Positions 39,651 through 49,037 of a stretch of DNA of 64,000 nt are shown here, piece by piece (position 1 is the first letter of the stretch; each line of letters begins with the position of its first letter). The translations under genes and the position numbers were made by a program. The notes under the pieces were generated by a model. It was given only the letters and a program-made list of their open reading frames with translations, was not told the origin of the DNA and ran no database searches. The DNA comes from an uncultured Fibrobacterota bacterium (GTDB lineage: Bacteria > Fibrobacterota > Chitinivibrionia > Chitinivibrionales > FEN-1185): NCBI GenBank assembly GCA_963753345.1, contig CAVWBU010000018.1, positions 32,001 to 96,000 on the forward strand. Direction: 5' to 3'.

Positions 39651-40823
39651 ATGAGAATATCACATCAACCTGTATTGTTCGCTTTCGCGGGAATGGTACT
39701 GTTGGCACTCGCGGCCGGAAGCTTTGCAGCAGGCGGAACGGAGAAAATCGTGGTAACCAACAACTGTCCCATTACGCTGTGGATGCATTTCACCGAAATG
39801 CCGTATACCGCGGATATCAACGGCGGCAAGCCCCAGAAGATGCTTCCCAACACCACCGTGATATACGATTCGCTGCCGGATTTCGGCGCCGGAAGGTGCT
39901 GGGCCTATTACAAAGACCCCGGCGATGTGGTCAACAAATACGCACCCATTTCATCCTACAACGGTTTCGTGGAAATGACTGTGAGCGGCGGGCCCACCGG
40001 TGTGCAGAACTACAACATTTCCTTTGTCGACTATGCCACGCTGCCGGTCAAGGTGACGGGAGCCGGAAAAAACTGCATCCCGACCATCGTGCCCGTCAGC
40101 TTTGCCGAAATGCAGAACCAGCTCACAAACGGGTGCCCCACGCAGCTCGCCGATTACATTGACAGCCTGGGAATAGGCAGGTGTCTTTCTTCCTATTTCT
40201 ACTGCGTTCAGCCGGGCTTCGACACAGGGAATATTTACTGCAACAAGATGAAACTGGCCTACGGTTACGACGGCCTGGCCATCTACGGCGGTTCGTTCGG
40301 CGGCGCGTCGCAGTCGTTTTACGACTCGGTTGCCGGATGGAACCGGGGAACATTTGCCGGAGACGCGGATTCTGCCGATTACTACCTTGGCCCGGAACAG
40401 GATGCCAACGGCAAATGGGTGAAACCGTACAACCACTTTGCCAAGTGGGTTCACAAAGACCTCGACGCCGAAGTGTACGCCTTTGCCAACGACGACCATC
40501 AGAACCAAAGCGGGTTCCAGGCGTGCCCGAACTGCGGTGAGCTGGACATCACATGGTGCCCGTGCGAGGGATCATCCGTGTCGCAGGGCAAGTTCACGCC
40601 GATACTGCGCTTGCAGAATGAGAAGTTCATGCGGTATGCGCTCATCGCGCCCAGCGGGAAAACCGTGCGAACGGGCAACGCGACTTCGGTTGAAGAAGTT
40701 GGCCGGGCGCTTTCGTCCGGGCTTTCGCAGGGCGTGTATTATCTGGCGCTCTACGGCAGGGATGGAGCTTTGGCGGCAACAAAAAGGATCCTGGTTTCGG
40801 ATAGAATATCTCAAACAAGGTAG
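39651..40823 (+). CDS. Thaumatin-like (GH64/TLP superfamily) secreted protein with CTD-like tail, paralog 1
   Basis: VVTNNCPITLW, YNISFVDYATLPV, YAFANDD, ITWCP; Cys-rich. Confidence 0.75.
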   Translation: MRISHQPVLFAFAGMVLLALAAGSFAAGGTEKIVVTNNCPITLWMHFTEMPYTADINGGKPQKMLPNTTVIYDSLPDFGAGRCWAYYKDPGDVVNKYAPISSYNGFVEMTVSGGPTGVQNYNISFVDYATLPVKVTGAGKNCIPTIVPVSFAEMQNQLTNGCPTQLADYIDSLGIGRCLSSYFYCVQPGFDTGNIYCNKMKLAYGYDGLAIYGGSFGGASQSFYDSVAGWNRGTFAGDADSADYYLGPEQDANGKWVKPYNHFAKWVHKDLDAEVYAFANDDHQNQSGFQACPNCGELDITWCPCEGSSVSQGKFTPILRLQNEKFMRYALIAPSGKTVRTGNATSVEEVGRALSSGLSQGVYYLALYGRDGALAATKRILVSDRISQTR

Positions 40824-40835
40824 AGAGAGGGGAAC

Positions 40836-41987
40836 ATGAAGAAAATCGTCGCGGGAATGTTTTTCGTCGCGGTCCTTGCGGTCGCAATCTTTGGCGGGAC
40901 GCAGAAGGTGGTGGTGGCCAATGACTGCCCCATTACGCTATGGATCCATTTTACCGGTAATCCTGCTCCTGATGGCGGGATAACCCATAAAATGGCCCCT
41001 AACGATACCTTGACTTTCACTAACTGGCCGGATTTCGGCGCCGGAAGGTGCTGGGCCTATTATCATGATCCCGGCACAAAGACCAATACGAGTGCACCGA
41101 TCATGCCGGAAAATGGGTTTGTGGAAATGACCGTAAGCGGCGGGCCCACCGGTGTTCAGAACTACAACATTTCCTATGTCGACTATGCCACGCTGCCGGT
41201 GAAGGTTGTGGGAGGTTCACCTAATTGCATTCCGACAATTGTGCCGGTCACCTTTAATGAGATGAAGTACCAACTCTTGCACGGGTGTCCAACACAACTC
41301 AATTTTTTCGATACCGCTTTGGGAATAGGCATATGCCTTGGTTCTTACGACTACTGCGTCCAGCCGGGATACGATACCGGAAACATATACTGCAACAAGA
41401 TGTGGCTGGGCCACCACCACCACGGTACTGAAGTATACGGCGGTTCGCTTAATCCCGGTTCGAGCGACAAACTGTTTGATTCGATTGCCGCCTGGCAAAG
41501 GGGAACATTTTACCAGGATGCGGATTCTGCCGATTACTGGAAAAAGCCGGAACAAGATTCCATCGGCAATTGGGTAAATCCCTACAACCGCTATGCTAAA
41601 TGGATCCACAAAACCATGAACGCCCAGGTGTACGCATTTGCCAACGACGACCACCAGAACCAGAGCGGTTTCCAGGCGTGCCCGAACTGCGGTGAACTCG
41701 ACATCACGTGGTGCCCGTGCGAGAACGGGTGCGCGGACGATGTGTTGGCGCAGACGGCCGCGTCGCAGTTCACGCCGGTGATGCGCTTGCAGAATGAGAA
41801 GTTTATACGATACACTCTTTTCTCGCCTAACGGAAGAACCGTACGCACCGGGTTTGCCACCTCAATGGAAGAGGTGAGCCGGGCGCTCTCGGACAGGCTC
41901 ACGCTTTCGCGGGGTGTTTATTTTGTCGCGCTGTACGGGAAAGATGGGGCGTTGGCTGCAAGTAAAAGAATTTTTGCGACGTGGTAG
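40836..41987 (+). CDS. Thaumatin-like secreted protein with CTD-like tail, paralog 2
   Basis: VVANDCPITLW, YNISYVDYATLPV, YAFANDD; long DNA stretches near-identical to paralog 1. Confidence 0.75.
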   Translation: MKKIVAGMFFVAVLAVAIFGGTQKVVVANDCPITLWIHFTGNPAPDGGITHKMAPNDTLTFTNWPDFGAGRCWAYYHDPGTKTNTSAPIMPENGFVEMTVSGGPTGVQNYNISYVDYATLPVKVVGGSPNCIPTIVPVTFNEMKYQLLHGCPTQLNFFDTALGIGICLGSYDYCVQPGYDTGNIYCNKMWLGHHHHGTEVYGGSLNPGSSDKLFDSIAAWQRGTFYQDADSADYWKKPEQDSIGNWVNPYNRYAKWIHKTMNAQVYAFANDDHQNQSGFQACPNCGELDITWCPCENGCADDVLAQTAASQFTPVMRLQNEKFIRYTLFSPNGRTVRTGFATSMEEVSRALSDRLTLSRGVYFVALYGKDGALAASKRIFATW

Positions 41988-42016
41988 GATTTTTGCAACT
42001 GGAAGAAGAAATTAAA

Positions 42017-42165
42017 TTGGGCGTTCCCCTCCCCCTCGACTTCGCTCGGGGTCGGGTCGGTTCTCCTTCCAGCTCGGCCTTTGGCCTCGTTGCCGGACCA
42101 CCCTATGCCTGTCGGCCGGGTCGTCCGGCAATGCGCTCTCGCGCACTTCCAGTCGCCCCTAACGC
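42017..42165 (+). repeat. Intergenic element copy 8 (module X only)
   Basis: TTGGGCGTTCCCC...GGGTCGGTTCTCCTTCC...CCAGTCGCCCCTAACGC. Confidence 0.85.
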
Positions 42166-42199
42166 AAAGAGCAAATACGCAATCGCTGTTTCCTGCATT

Positions 42200-42479
42200 T
42201 CACCCATCAGTGGCGCAGCTGCGGCCGGCCATAACCGTCGCGCGGTCGTCGTTTGACAAAGTATTAAAAACAAACATGCTGTGGTACTCAATTAAGGGCG
42301 CATGCGGAACCAATCCCATACTGGGTTTGTATACGAGTACGGGAAAACGCGTGATGGAGCGCAGGATCGCAAATTCTTCGGGAAACATCCCGTTGTTCGG
42401 ATTGTCAAGAGGGATCTACTTCGTTGTTCTGAAGTCGGGACAATCGGTGCTTGCGCAGCGGGCAATGGTGGTCAGATAG
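42200..42479 (+). pseudogene. Orphan T9SS-CTD-like gene remnant
   Basis: Frame reads LGLYTSTGKRV...LSRGIYFVVLKSGQSVLAQRAMVVR-stop with no signal peptide or passenger domain; 5' boundary approximate. Confidence 0.6.
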
Positions 42480-42527
42480 GGGAGTGCGCCGGCATTGTCG
42501 CAAACGTAAACCAAAGGAGTCTGTCCT

Positions 42528-43487
42528 ATGCGCCGCAACCTTACAATTGCCGTTACGGTAATTTCCTGGTTGGTGTCGGCGTCCCTGGTGAACGCCGCTC
42601 TTCCACCGGGGTACACGGCCCAACCGTTTGCCGGCGACACCCTGCTCGGCAAGCCCCAGCAAATCCCGGGTGTTGTAAAGGCCATGTTCTGGGATAATGG
42701 CGGCGAAGGTGTGTCACAGCACATGAGCGGGGGTATACAGGGCTATAGCGGCAACGATTATGATGTAATAGGCTATGGTACTTCCGGTCACTTTGATTCG
42801 TCCGTTAATGCAACGCATCCCACTTCGCATCTTGCCTATATAGGCTGTGACAATCCTACTGCCAACCCGCCGTTTGTCGGAACATGGTTCAAATACACGG
42901 TCCATGTCAATACGGCCGGCACCTATTATGTCGACTTTAAACAAGCCACCGCCATTGCTCCTCCCAACCTTCAGGCGATCACCTACTACGACGGCACGTC
43001 GGTAACGTTGGATTCGGTCGCGAATTTACCCATGTGTATAACTCCTCCCGGATGTCCGGAAGTCTGGCACGCGTGGACCGTTAACATGAACGTCGACTCG
43101 GTAGCGCTCGATACCGGGCTGCAGGTCGTCCAGATCAATTTTCATGTGGGAAGCTGGAATTTCGATTGGATGAGGTTTAGACTGAAGAGCGAGACGGGAA
43201 CGCAGGTACCTGTCCTTCTCCGGTGTCAAGCCGGCCCCATGGGCCTCAGGACCACGTTGTCCGGTGCCCGGCTTACGCTCACCTACAAAGCCATGACGGC
43301 CACTTCGACAAGAATTTCCATCACGGATTGCGCGGGCAAAACTGTAGTTTCGTCCTTTGACGAAAAGAACGCGGCGGGAAGCCGCACCGTCGGCCTTGAC
43401 GTGCGCAACCTGCGCCAGGGTGTATATTTTGTCAATGTCGAACGCGGCGGAATCAGGGAAACAAAATCGTTTACGATCGCTCACTGA
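42528..43487 (+). CDS. Secreted CBM6-like protein with T9SS-CTD-like C-terminus
   Basis: PQQIPGVVKAMFWDNGGEG, WFKYTVHVNTAGTY, WNFDWM; tail QGVYFV..ETKSFTIAH. Confidence 0.75.
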   Translation: MRRNLTIAVTVISWLVSASLVNAALPPGYTAQPFAGDTLLGKPQQIPGVVKAMFWDNGGEGVSQHMSGGIQGYSGNDYDVIGYGTSGHFDSSVNATHPTSHLAYIGCDNPTANPPFVGTWFKYTVHVNTAGTYYVDFKQATAIAPPNLQAITYYDGTSVTLDSVANLPMCITPPGCPEVWHAWTVNMNVDSVALDTGLQVVQINFHVGSWNFDWMRFRLKSETGTQVPVLLRCQAGPMGLRTTLSGARLTLTYKAMTATSTRISITDCAGKTVVSSFDEKNAAGSRTVGLDVRNLRQGVYFVNVERGGIRETKSFTIAH

Positions 43488-43513
43488 TTTTTATTTGGTA
43501 CGGAGTCTTTCCT

Positions 43514-44446
43514 ATGGGTGTGCCGAATCGGATTGCCCTCGCGGCAGCAGCCTGCCTTTTCTGTGTCTCTCTTCTCAATGCCGCGGTTCCGGCCGGCTAC
43601 ACGGGAACGGTTTTTACCGGCGACACGCTTGACGGCCATCCCCAGGCTATCCCGGGCGTGGTTAAGGCAGTGTTCTTCGACGAAGGCGGGCCGGAAGTCG
43701 GGTTCCACGACACATGGTCTGTTAATTTCGGCACGATACGGCTGGACTCGGCCGATATGCATGTCGGCATGCAGCCGTTTGGCAGCGGCGATCGAAACGC
43801 TGATGGGTCTGTTCCGCCGCAGGGTTCTTACCATCTTTCCTGGATAGACGTGGGCGAATGGATCAGATGCACCGTTCATGTAATGACCGCCGGCCAGTAC
43901 AACATAAGCAGCTATGAAGCTGTTTCGGCAACGCCGAATTCCCAGTCGGTCTCCTTCAACGACGGTACGCCGATACCAATCTCCAATCTTGCACCAACCA
44001 CGGCCCCGGCAGGCAACGAAATCTGGCACAATTGGAACACCTTCAACAATGTCGCAACGGTAAATCTTGATACCGGTCTGTTTGTGTTGAAACTTACGTT
44101 TGTCACCAATTCATTCAATTGCGACAAGCTCATGTTCACCCTCAAAAACGAAACCGGTTCCTTGCCGATGCATACCGTCGGGAATGCGGGCTTGTCATAC
44201 GCGCTCCGCACGCAGTCCGAAAATAAAAGGCTTGCGGTTTCTTATGACCTTCCCCAAGCAGGGAGATCACGTTTGTCTATTGTCAATTGTCACGGCAGAA
44301 CCGTTTTGCTGCAGTCGGAACGTCTGCTCTCCGCCGGCGCGCATGCTGAAACCGTGCCGCTCACCGGATTATGCCCCGGCGTTTATTTCTTAAAATTGAA
44401 GCAGTGTGGTATCTCCGGGGAATCCCGGTTTATTATCGCCCGGTAA
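43514..44446 (+). CDS. Secreted CBM6-like protein with T9SS-CTD-like C-terminus
   Basis: PQAIPGVVKAVFFDEGG, WIDVGEWIRCTVHV; tail PGVYFLKL. Confidence 0.75.
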   Translation: MGVPNRIALAAAACLFCVSLLNAAVPAGYTGTVFTGDTLDGHPQAIPGVVKAVFFDEGGPEVGFHDTWSVNFGTIRLDSADMHVGMQPFGSGDRNADGSVPPQGSYHLSWIDVGEWIRCTVHVMTAGQYNISSYEAVSATPNSQSVSFNDGTPIPISNLAPTTAPAGNEIWHNWNTFNNVATVNLDTGLFVLKLTFVTNSFNCDKLMFTLKNETGSLPMHTVGNAGLSYALRTQSENKRLAVSYDLPQAGRSRLSIVNCHGRTVLLQSERLLSAGAHAETVPLTGLCPGVYFLKLKQCGISGESRFIIAR

Positions 44447-44531
44447 TGAAGAAAAGAATTTTCTCGCAAAGACTTGTGCCTGCCTGTCGAAGCATCGCTA
44501 AGGGCGCAACGAAGGGCGAATGGAGGACGTG

Positions 44532-46117
44532 ATGTTTTCAAAAAAGTCTCATTTTGATCCTGTTTGTGTCGGTGATATTGACCTTGACCATCACTGCCCC
44601 AGCCACGAGCCCAATCCATTCCCAAGCCCGGCGCGGACTTCACCTCAATCACCAATAACGGCGCCTGGACCTGGTATGGAAACCCGGTCGCGGTTTATTA
44701 TGAGGGTAAATACAAGAAAACCTATATGGGGTGGATATCCAATGGCGGCACTATTTCGGTGGGCTCCTACAACCACGTAACCGGCGATACTGCCACCAAA
44801 GTCATAAAAACGGGTTACCAGGTCGACGACCACTGCCATCCCAGCTTGCTCATGCGGCCCGACGGAAGGCTCATGGTGTTTTTTACCGGCCACGATGGCG
44901 GCACAATCAGCCTCTATATTTCCACCGATCCCGAAGACGTTTCCCAATTCAATCAGGAAACCGGCATCTCAGACGTCGGCCTTGTCTATTGTTATCCAAA
45001 CCCGATGTGGCTCAGCGCGGAGGGCGACAGCGGAAGGCTCTATGTTTTTTACCGTAGTATGCATACAAATCCGTGTTTTACCTACAGCGACGATTGGGGA
45101 AAGACTTGGAAACCCACAAGACAATACTATGCGAACTTTGACAACCCGGATCTGGATAAGGTATACGTAAACTATTGCTCAAACGGAAAAGACGAGATCC
45201 ATATGGCCATCGAAAAGGGCCATCGCGCCGGGTATTGCCCTCTTTATTATATGAAATACAAAAAAGGCGCATTTTACCAGGCGAGCGGCGCGCTGATAGC
45301 AACCGTTGACAGTCTGCCCATCCTTAACACGAAGATAGACACGCTGCAGGATCCCAAACTTTACGGCTGCCACGGCTCGTCATGGGACGTCGCGCTTGAC
45401 AACGCCGGAAATCCGGTCGTGGTCTACGACCAGTTCAAGGACGGGGCCAATCATCAGTATTACTATTTCCACTGGATGGGAACGTCGTGGTTAAAGAGCC
45501 TGCTGGTGAACAGCGGCGCCAACATGGGCGGCGAAGACGGATTTGCCGGCGGCATTACGCTCGACCACGAAAACACAAACAACGTCTACATGTCGCGGCA
45601 GATAGACGGGATGCATGAAATAGACAAATGGACTACTTCCGACGGCGGGACCACATGGGATTCCATGGCCATCACACGCGGCTCGGCGAAAAAGAACACC
45701 CGTCCCATCGTTCCGATCGGGCACAAGCCCTATGGCAAGCTCGATGTTATCTGGATGTACGGCGACTACACCGGGTGGGCCGGGGGATTCAACACGGCGG
45801 TCAAGATGTATCCGTTCAACGAGACCGTTGCGGCTATGGAATCCAACCGCGTGAAAGCTTCACATATGCAATCGGATATTTCCGCACATTCGCACGGCCT
45901 TTTTGTATCGCTGTCCGATCCGAAATCATCGTCGCTCAAAATCTTTGCTTTAAACGGCAGGATGGTGGTTGATTTGACAACTATGATAAGAGGCATGAGT
46001 GCGAACCGGGTATTCATCCCGTTTTCACGGATCAAGCTCGGGGTGGGGAGTTATCTGGTTTCGTTCAACAACGGGAAGACACAGTCGGTGAATAAAATGG
46101 TGTATTGTTTGAAGTAA
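44532..46117 (+). CDS. BNR-4 repeat protein with CTD-like tail; N-terminus broken by two apparent single-base insertions
   Basis: GGAGGA RBS + ATG 44532. Removing one base from A6 (44540-44545) and one from C4 (44597-44600) gives a signal peptide joined to NNGAWTW...DDHCHP, YCYPNP, YSDDWGKTW, TSDGGTTW. Confidence 0.75.
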
Positions 46118-46203
46118 AATTCGCGCTCAAAGAATGCAAGTTTCTTTAAATACAAAATATAAGGCTGGGCGCCCCGCAGCTTCACAAAACAGAAGAGACT
46201 CTT

Positions 46204-46694
46204 GCGGGGGAAGTATCCCCCTAGCTACGGCCTCCTCGGCCTTTGGCCTGCGGTGACGTTGTCATTTCATTCCTTAAGGGTATGGTAATGGTGCTTCGCA
46301 CCTTCTAGTATGTCGTTTGCCCTTTCGCTACCCCCTCGTGGGTAGCCGCCTTGACAAAGCGGTTGCGAGACCACGCATTGCTGTGGCGGCACCCGAGAAG
46401 AGTAGTTGATAAGTTGAGGAGTTGAGAAGAAAAGCGTTGAAAAATGCGAAGAAGAAGCCTGGCTGATTTATTGCAGATGCAGATTAGCGCTAGACAAGGT
46501 AATTGACTGAATAGAATTCTGTTGCCGCGCGTTAGGTGGACCGGAGGGTGAGCTGAAGCGAATTGCCGGCCGATCCCGGCCGCAGGCGATTGGGACGGTC
46601 CGGCAACGAGGCCGAACGGCCGAGCCCGCAGGGACGACGCCTCGAAGCACCCGAAGGGGTGGACCGACCCGAGTGGAGCGAGGGGAACGCCCAA
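46204..46694 (-). repeat. Bipartite structured intergenic element, copy 9 (full)
   Basis: Plus strand GGGGGAAGTATCCCCC...CGCTACCCCCTCGTGGGTAGCCGCC...GTTGCCGCGCGTTAGG...GCGAGGGGAACGCCCAA. Confidence 0.9.
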
Positions 46695-47012
46695 ATTCAT
46701 TCAATTATAATGCTCTCTTTCATCAGGCCCGTTACACAATCGTATAACGGAAAATGCTTTTGCCGTCATCATTCCCGACCCCAACGCACGGAGGGTGTTT
46801 ATATTATTCCAATACGGCCCGGGGTGTTTCGCGAAAGTAAAGCAGGTTTAACGCCGACTGGAATGAAGCGAGACTGCCATGAAAGAAACCTCACCTTTTG
46901 TCTCCCCCTTTTAGGGCTCTCCTTGTCAAGCCAGGGAGGGCCCGGGTGAGGTTTTTTCCATTGCGGATTGGACGGAATCGGCAATGATCAATCCGCAAAG
47001 AGAAATGCCCTG

Positions 47013-47040
47013 AAAAAAAACCACGGCCAAGGCCGTGGTT
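47013..47040 (-). terminator. Intrinsic terminator of the GH64 gene
   Basis: Reverse strand AACCACGGCCTTGGCCGTGG followed by T8. Confidence 0.75.
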
Positions 47041-47074
47041 CTCTACAAGTAAACGCTGCAGACTTCTCAGCCTG

Positions 47075-48667
47075 TTACCAGCCTATCGCGACCGCAATCC
47101 ACTGGACATTGCCTATGCCCATAAACGACTGATGTCCGCCGTCGTCGTCGTAGGGGAATCCGTAGCAATAATTGTTGATCGACCTGCGGTGGCACCATTT
47201 TGAAAAGTAGTTGCATGGCGCATCCTGGTAATAGGCAGCGGTGTCGTTGGTGCGCCAGTTTGCATATTCAACGCCTTGGGGAAGCGTTGCAACATGTCTG
47301 TTGATGGCGGCGGACCAATCGGGCGAGGCGCCCATTGACGGGTTCGGGCCCGCGCAGGCAAAAATATCCCACGCCGTCGGCACCGTAGGGTACGCGCCGG
47401 GGTCGGCGGCCCAGCCCGGATTTTTCACATAGTGGACGGAGGCCGAATCCTGATACCGGGTGAAGTAATCCACGTACGGGCCGCCCGTGTTGAAATAGTT
47501 GACGGGACATACATGGGGCGCCCATATGTTCGCAAAATCGTGCGTGGCAAGACCGGTAAATTCCTTCGGCACTTCGTTCTTGTATTCATCGAATTTCGAC
47601 TGGCGGGTCTGATAGAACAATTCGTAGTCGTCGCCCATCACCGTATCGATGCCGGTGGAGGTGTGGAGCCGGAAGGCAATGGGAAGCCTCCATCCGTCCA
47701 CGCGGGTGCTGTTGCCGTTCCAACTCCCGCCCCCTGCATTGACTTCCAGGAAATCAAAATATCTGCTGTTGGAGTCGGTGGGGTCGACGTAAAGGTAAAA
47801 TCTTTCGCTGACGATTGGCCTTACCGACTGCTGGGAAAGCTGGACCTTGGCTCCGCCCTGCTCGTGGCTCCAGTAAATCTTGGTGTCCGGGAACGCGCCG
47901 TTGGTCCTGTTCAGGATAATGTACTGAAACGTCTTCGGATAGGTGCTCGTGTCGCCCCAGAAGGCGGTTTTGTCGCCGGTCCAGGTGTTATTCTTTGTCA
48001 AGGTAAAATTGTATTGGCCCGTCAGCGCCGTTATCGGTGTGACGCCGATGGTGTACCCGGGCTCGGTGGCGTGCAGGGTGTCTGTTACCGCGGCGAGTTT
48101 TTCCAGCCGGGTCTCAAATCCGGGAGTGCTCTGGACAACCGTCCCTCCCAAAAGGTGCGACACAGGCTGCAATTTCAAAACCGATGCTGCCCCGTTGATG
48201 GTCACCCGCAGCAGATAGAACTGGGAAGAAATGCCGCGCGTGTCAATTGACATTGAATAGTTGCCTTTGGAAAGACTCTTGTTCAGTACATTGCGCACGC
48301 ACCGGCCGGTCAGGTCGTATATGCTCATCCTCACCAGCGCGTCGCTCTGAGTGAGGCTGAACAGCACTTTCCCGCCAACGTACACGGGCTGAGCAAAGGC
48401 GTCTCCCCGGACAAGCGGGCTTTTCGGGACCACGTTTACGTTGCAGTTCCCGCTCCCAAGCTGGTAATGACCGTTCTTGTCCGTGGTGACTAGATACGGG
48501 GCTTGCCCATACCCGTTGTCAAACGTTGTCTGGCCCAACCTGACAACCGTGTGGGTCAGGGGATTACCGCTTTGGTCCGTAACCAATCCGCAAATGTTTA
48601 CTGTCTGCGAAAAAACAGACCCAACGAAAAATGCCACCATCAGACACGTCACTGCTGCTCTTTTCAT
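47075..48667 (-). CDS. GH64-like beta-1,3-glucanase with N-terminal carboxypeptidase-regulatory/CTD-like module
   Basis: FDFLEVN, NSTRVDGWRLP, APCNYFSKWCH, YGFPYDD; start at ATG 48667 gives a signal peptide. Confidence 0.8.
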   Translation of the reverse strand: MKRAAVTCLMVAFFVGSVFSQTVNICGLVTDQSGNPLTHTVVRLGQTTFDNGYGQAPYLVTTDKNGHYQLGSGNCNVNVVPKSPLVRGDAFAQPVYVGGKVLFSLTQSDALVRMSIYDLTGRCVRNVLNKSLSKGNYSMSIDTRGISSQFYLLRVTINGAASVLKLQPVSHLLGGTVVQSTPGFETRLEKLAAVTDTLHATEPGYTIGVTPITALTGQYNFTLTKNNTWTGDKTAFWGDTSTYPKTFQYIILNRTNGAFPDTKIYWSHEQGGAKVQLSQQSVRPIVSERFYLYVDPTDSNSRYFDFLEVNAGGGSWNGNSTRVDGWRLPIAFRLHTSTGIDTVMGDDYELFYQTRQSKFDEYKNEVPKEFTGLATHDFANIWAPHVCPVNYFNTGGPYVDYFTRYQDSASVHYVKNPGWAADPGAYPTVPTAWDIFACAGPNPSMGASPDWSAAINRHVATLPQGVEYANWRTNDTAAYYQDAPCNYFSKWCHRRSINNYCYGFPYDDDGGHQSFMGIGNVQWIAVAIGW

Positions 48668-48852
48668 TTCACGCTCCCCCTTTTCTGGTGAAAAATAAGA
48701 CATAAGAAAGCGACCAGCCGTTGCCTCACTTTCCCGCATTTTTTGGGAAGGCAGGCTTACCCCCTTTTTCCTGTAATAAAGATACGCCTTGGAAGGTTTT
48801 TTTTCACATTTTTTTCGCGATCCCCTGCCATAGCGGAACTTATTTACCGGAT

Positions 48853-48882
48853 TTGACAATTGTGGGCATAAATACCTATATT
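48853..48882 (+). promoter_or_regulatory. Sigma70-type promoter TTGACA-N18-TATATT
   Basis: TTGACAATTGTGGGCATAAATACCTATATT upstream of 49038. Confidence 0.6.
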
Positions 48883-49037
48883 TTTTCGAAGAAGGTCAAA
48901 CCGATGTTTTCCGTGCTTCTCGTGAAAATTGTTGTAAATTCCAAGGTACGGCTAATCAGACTCCGCAGTGCAAGCTTGGCCTAAATTTTAACGCTTAATA
49001 CGGAAAATGTCTCCTAACCCAAAAAAGGGGGAATAAA

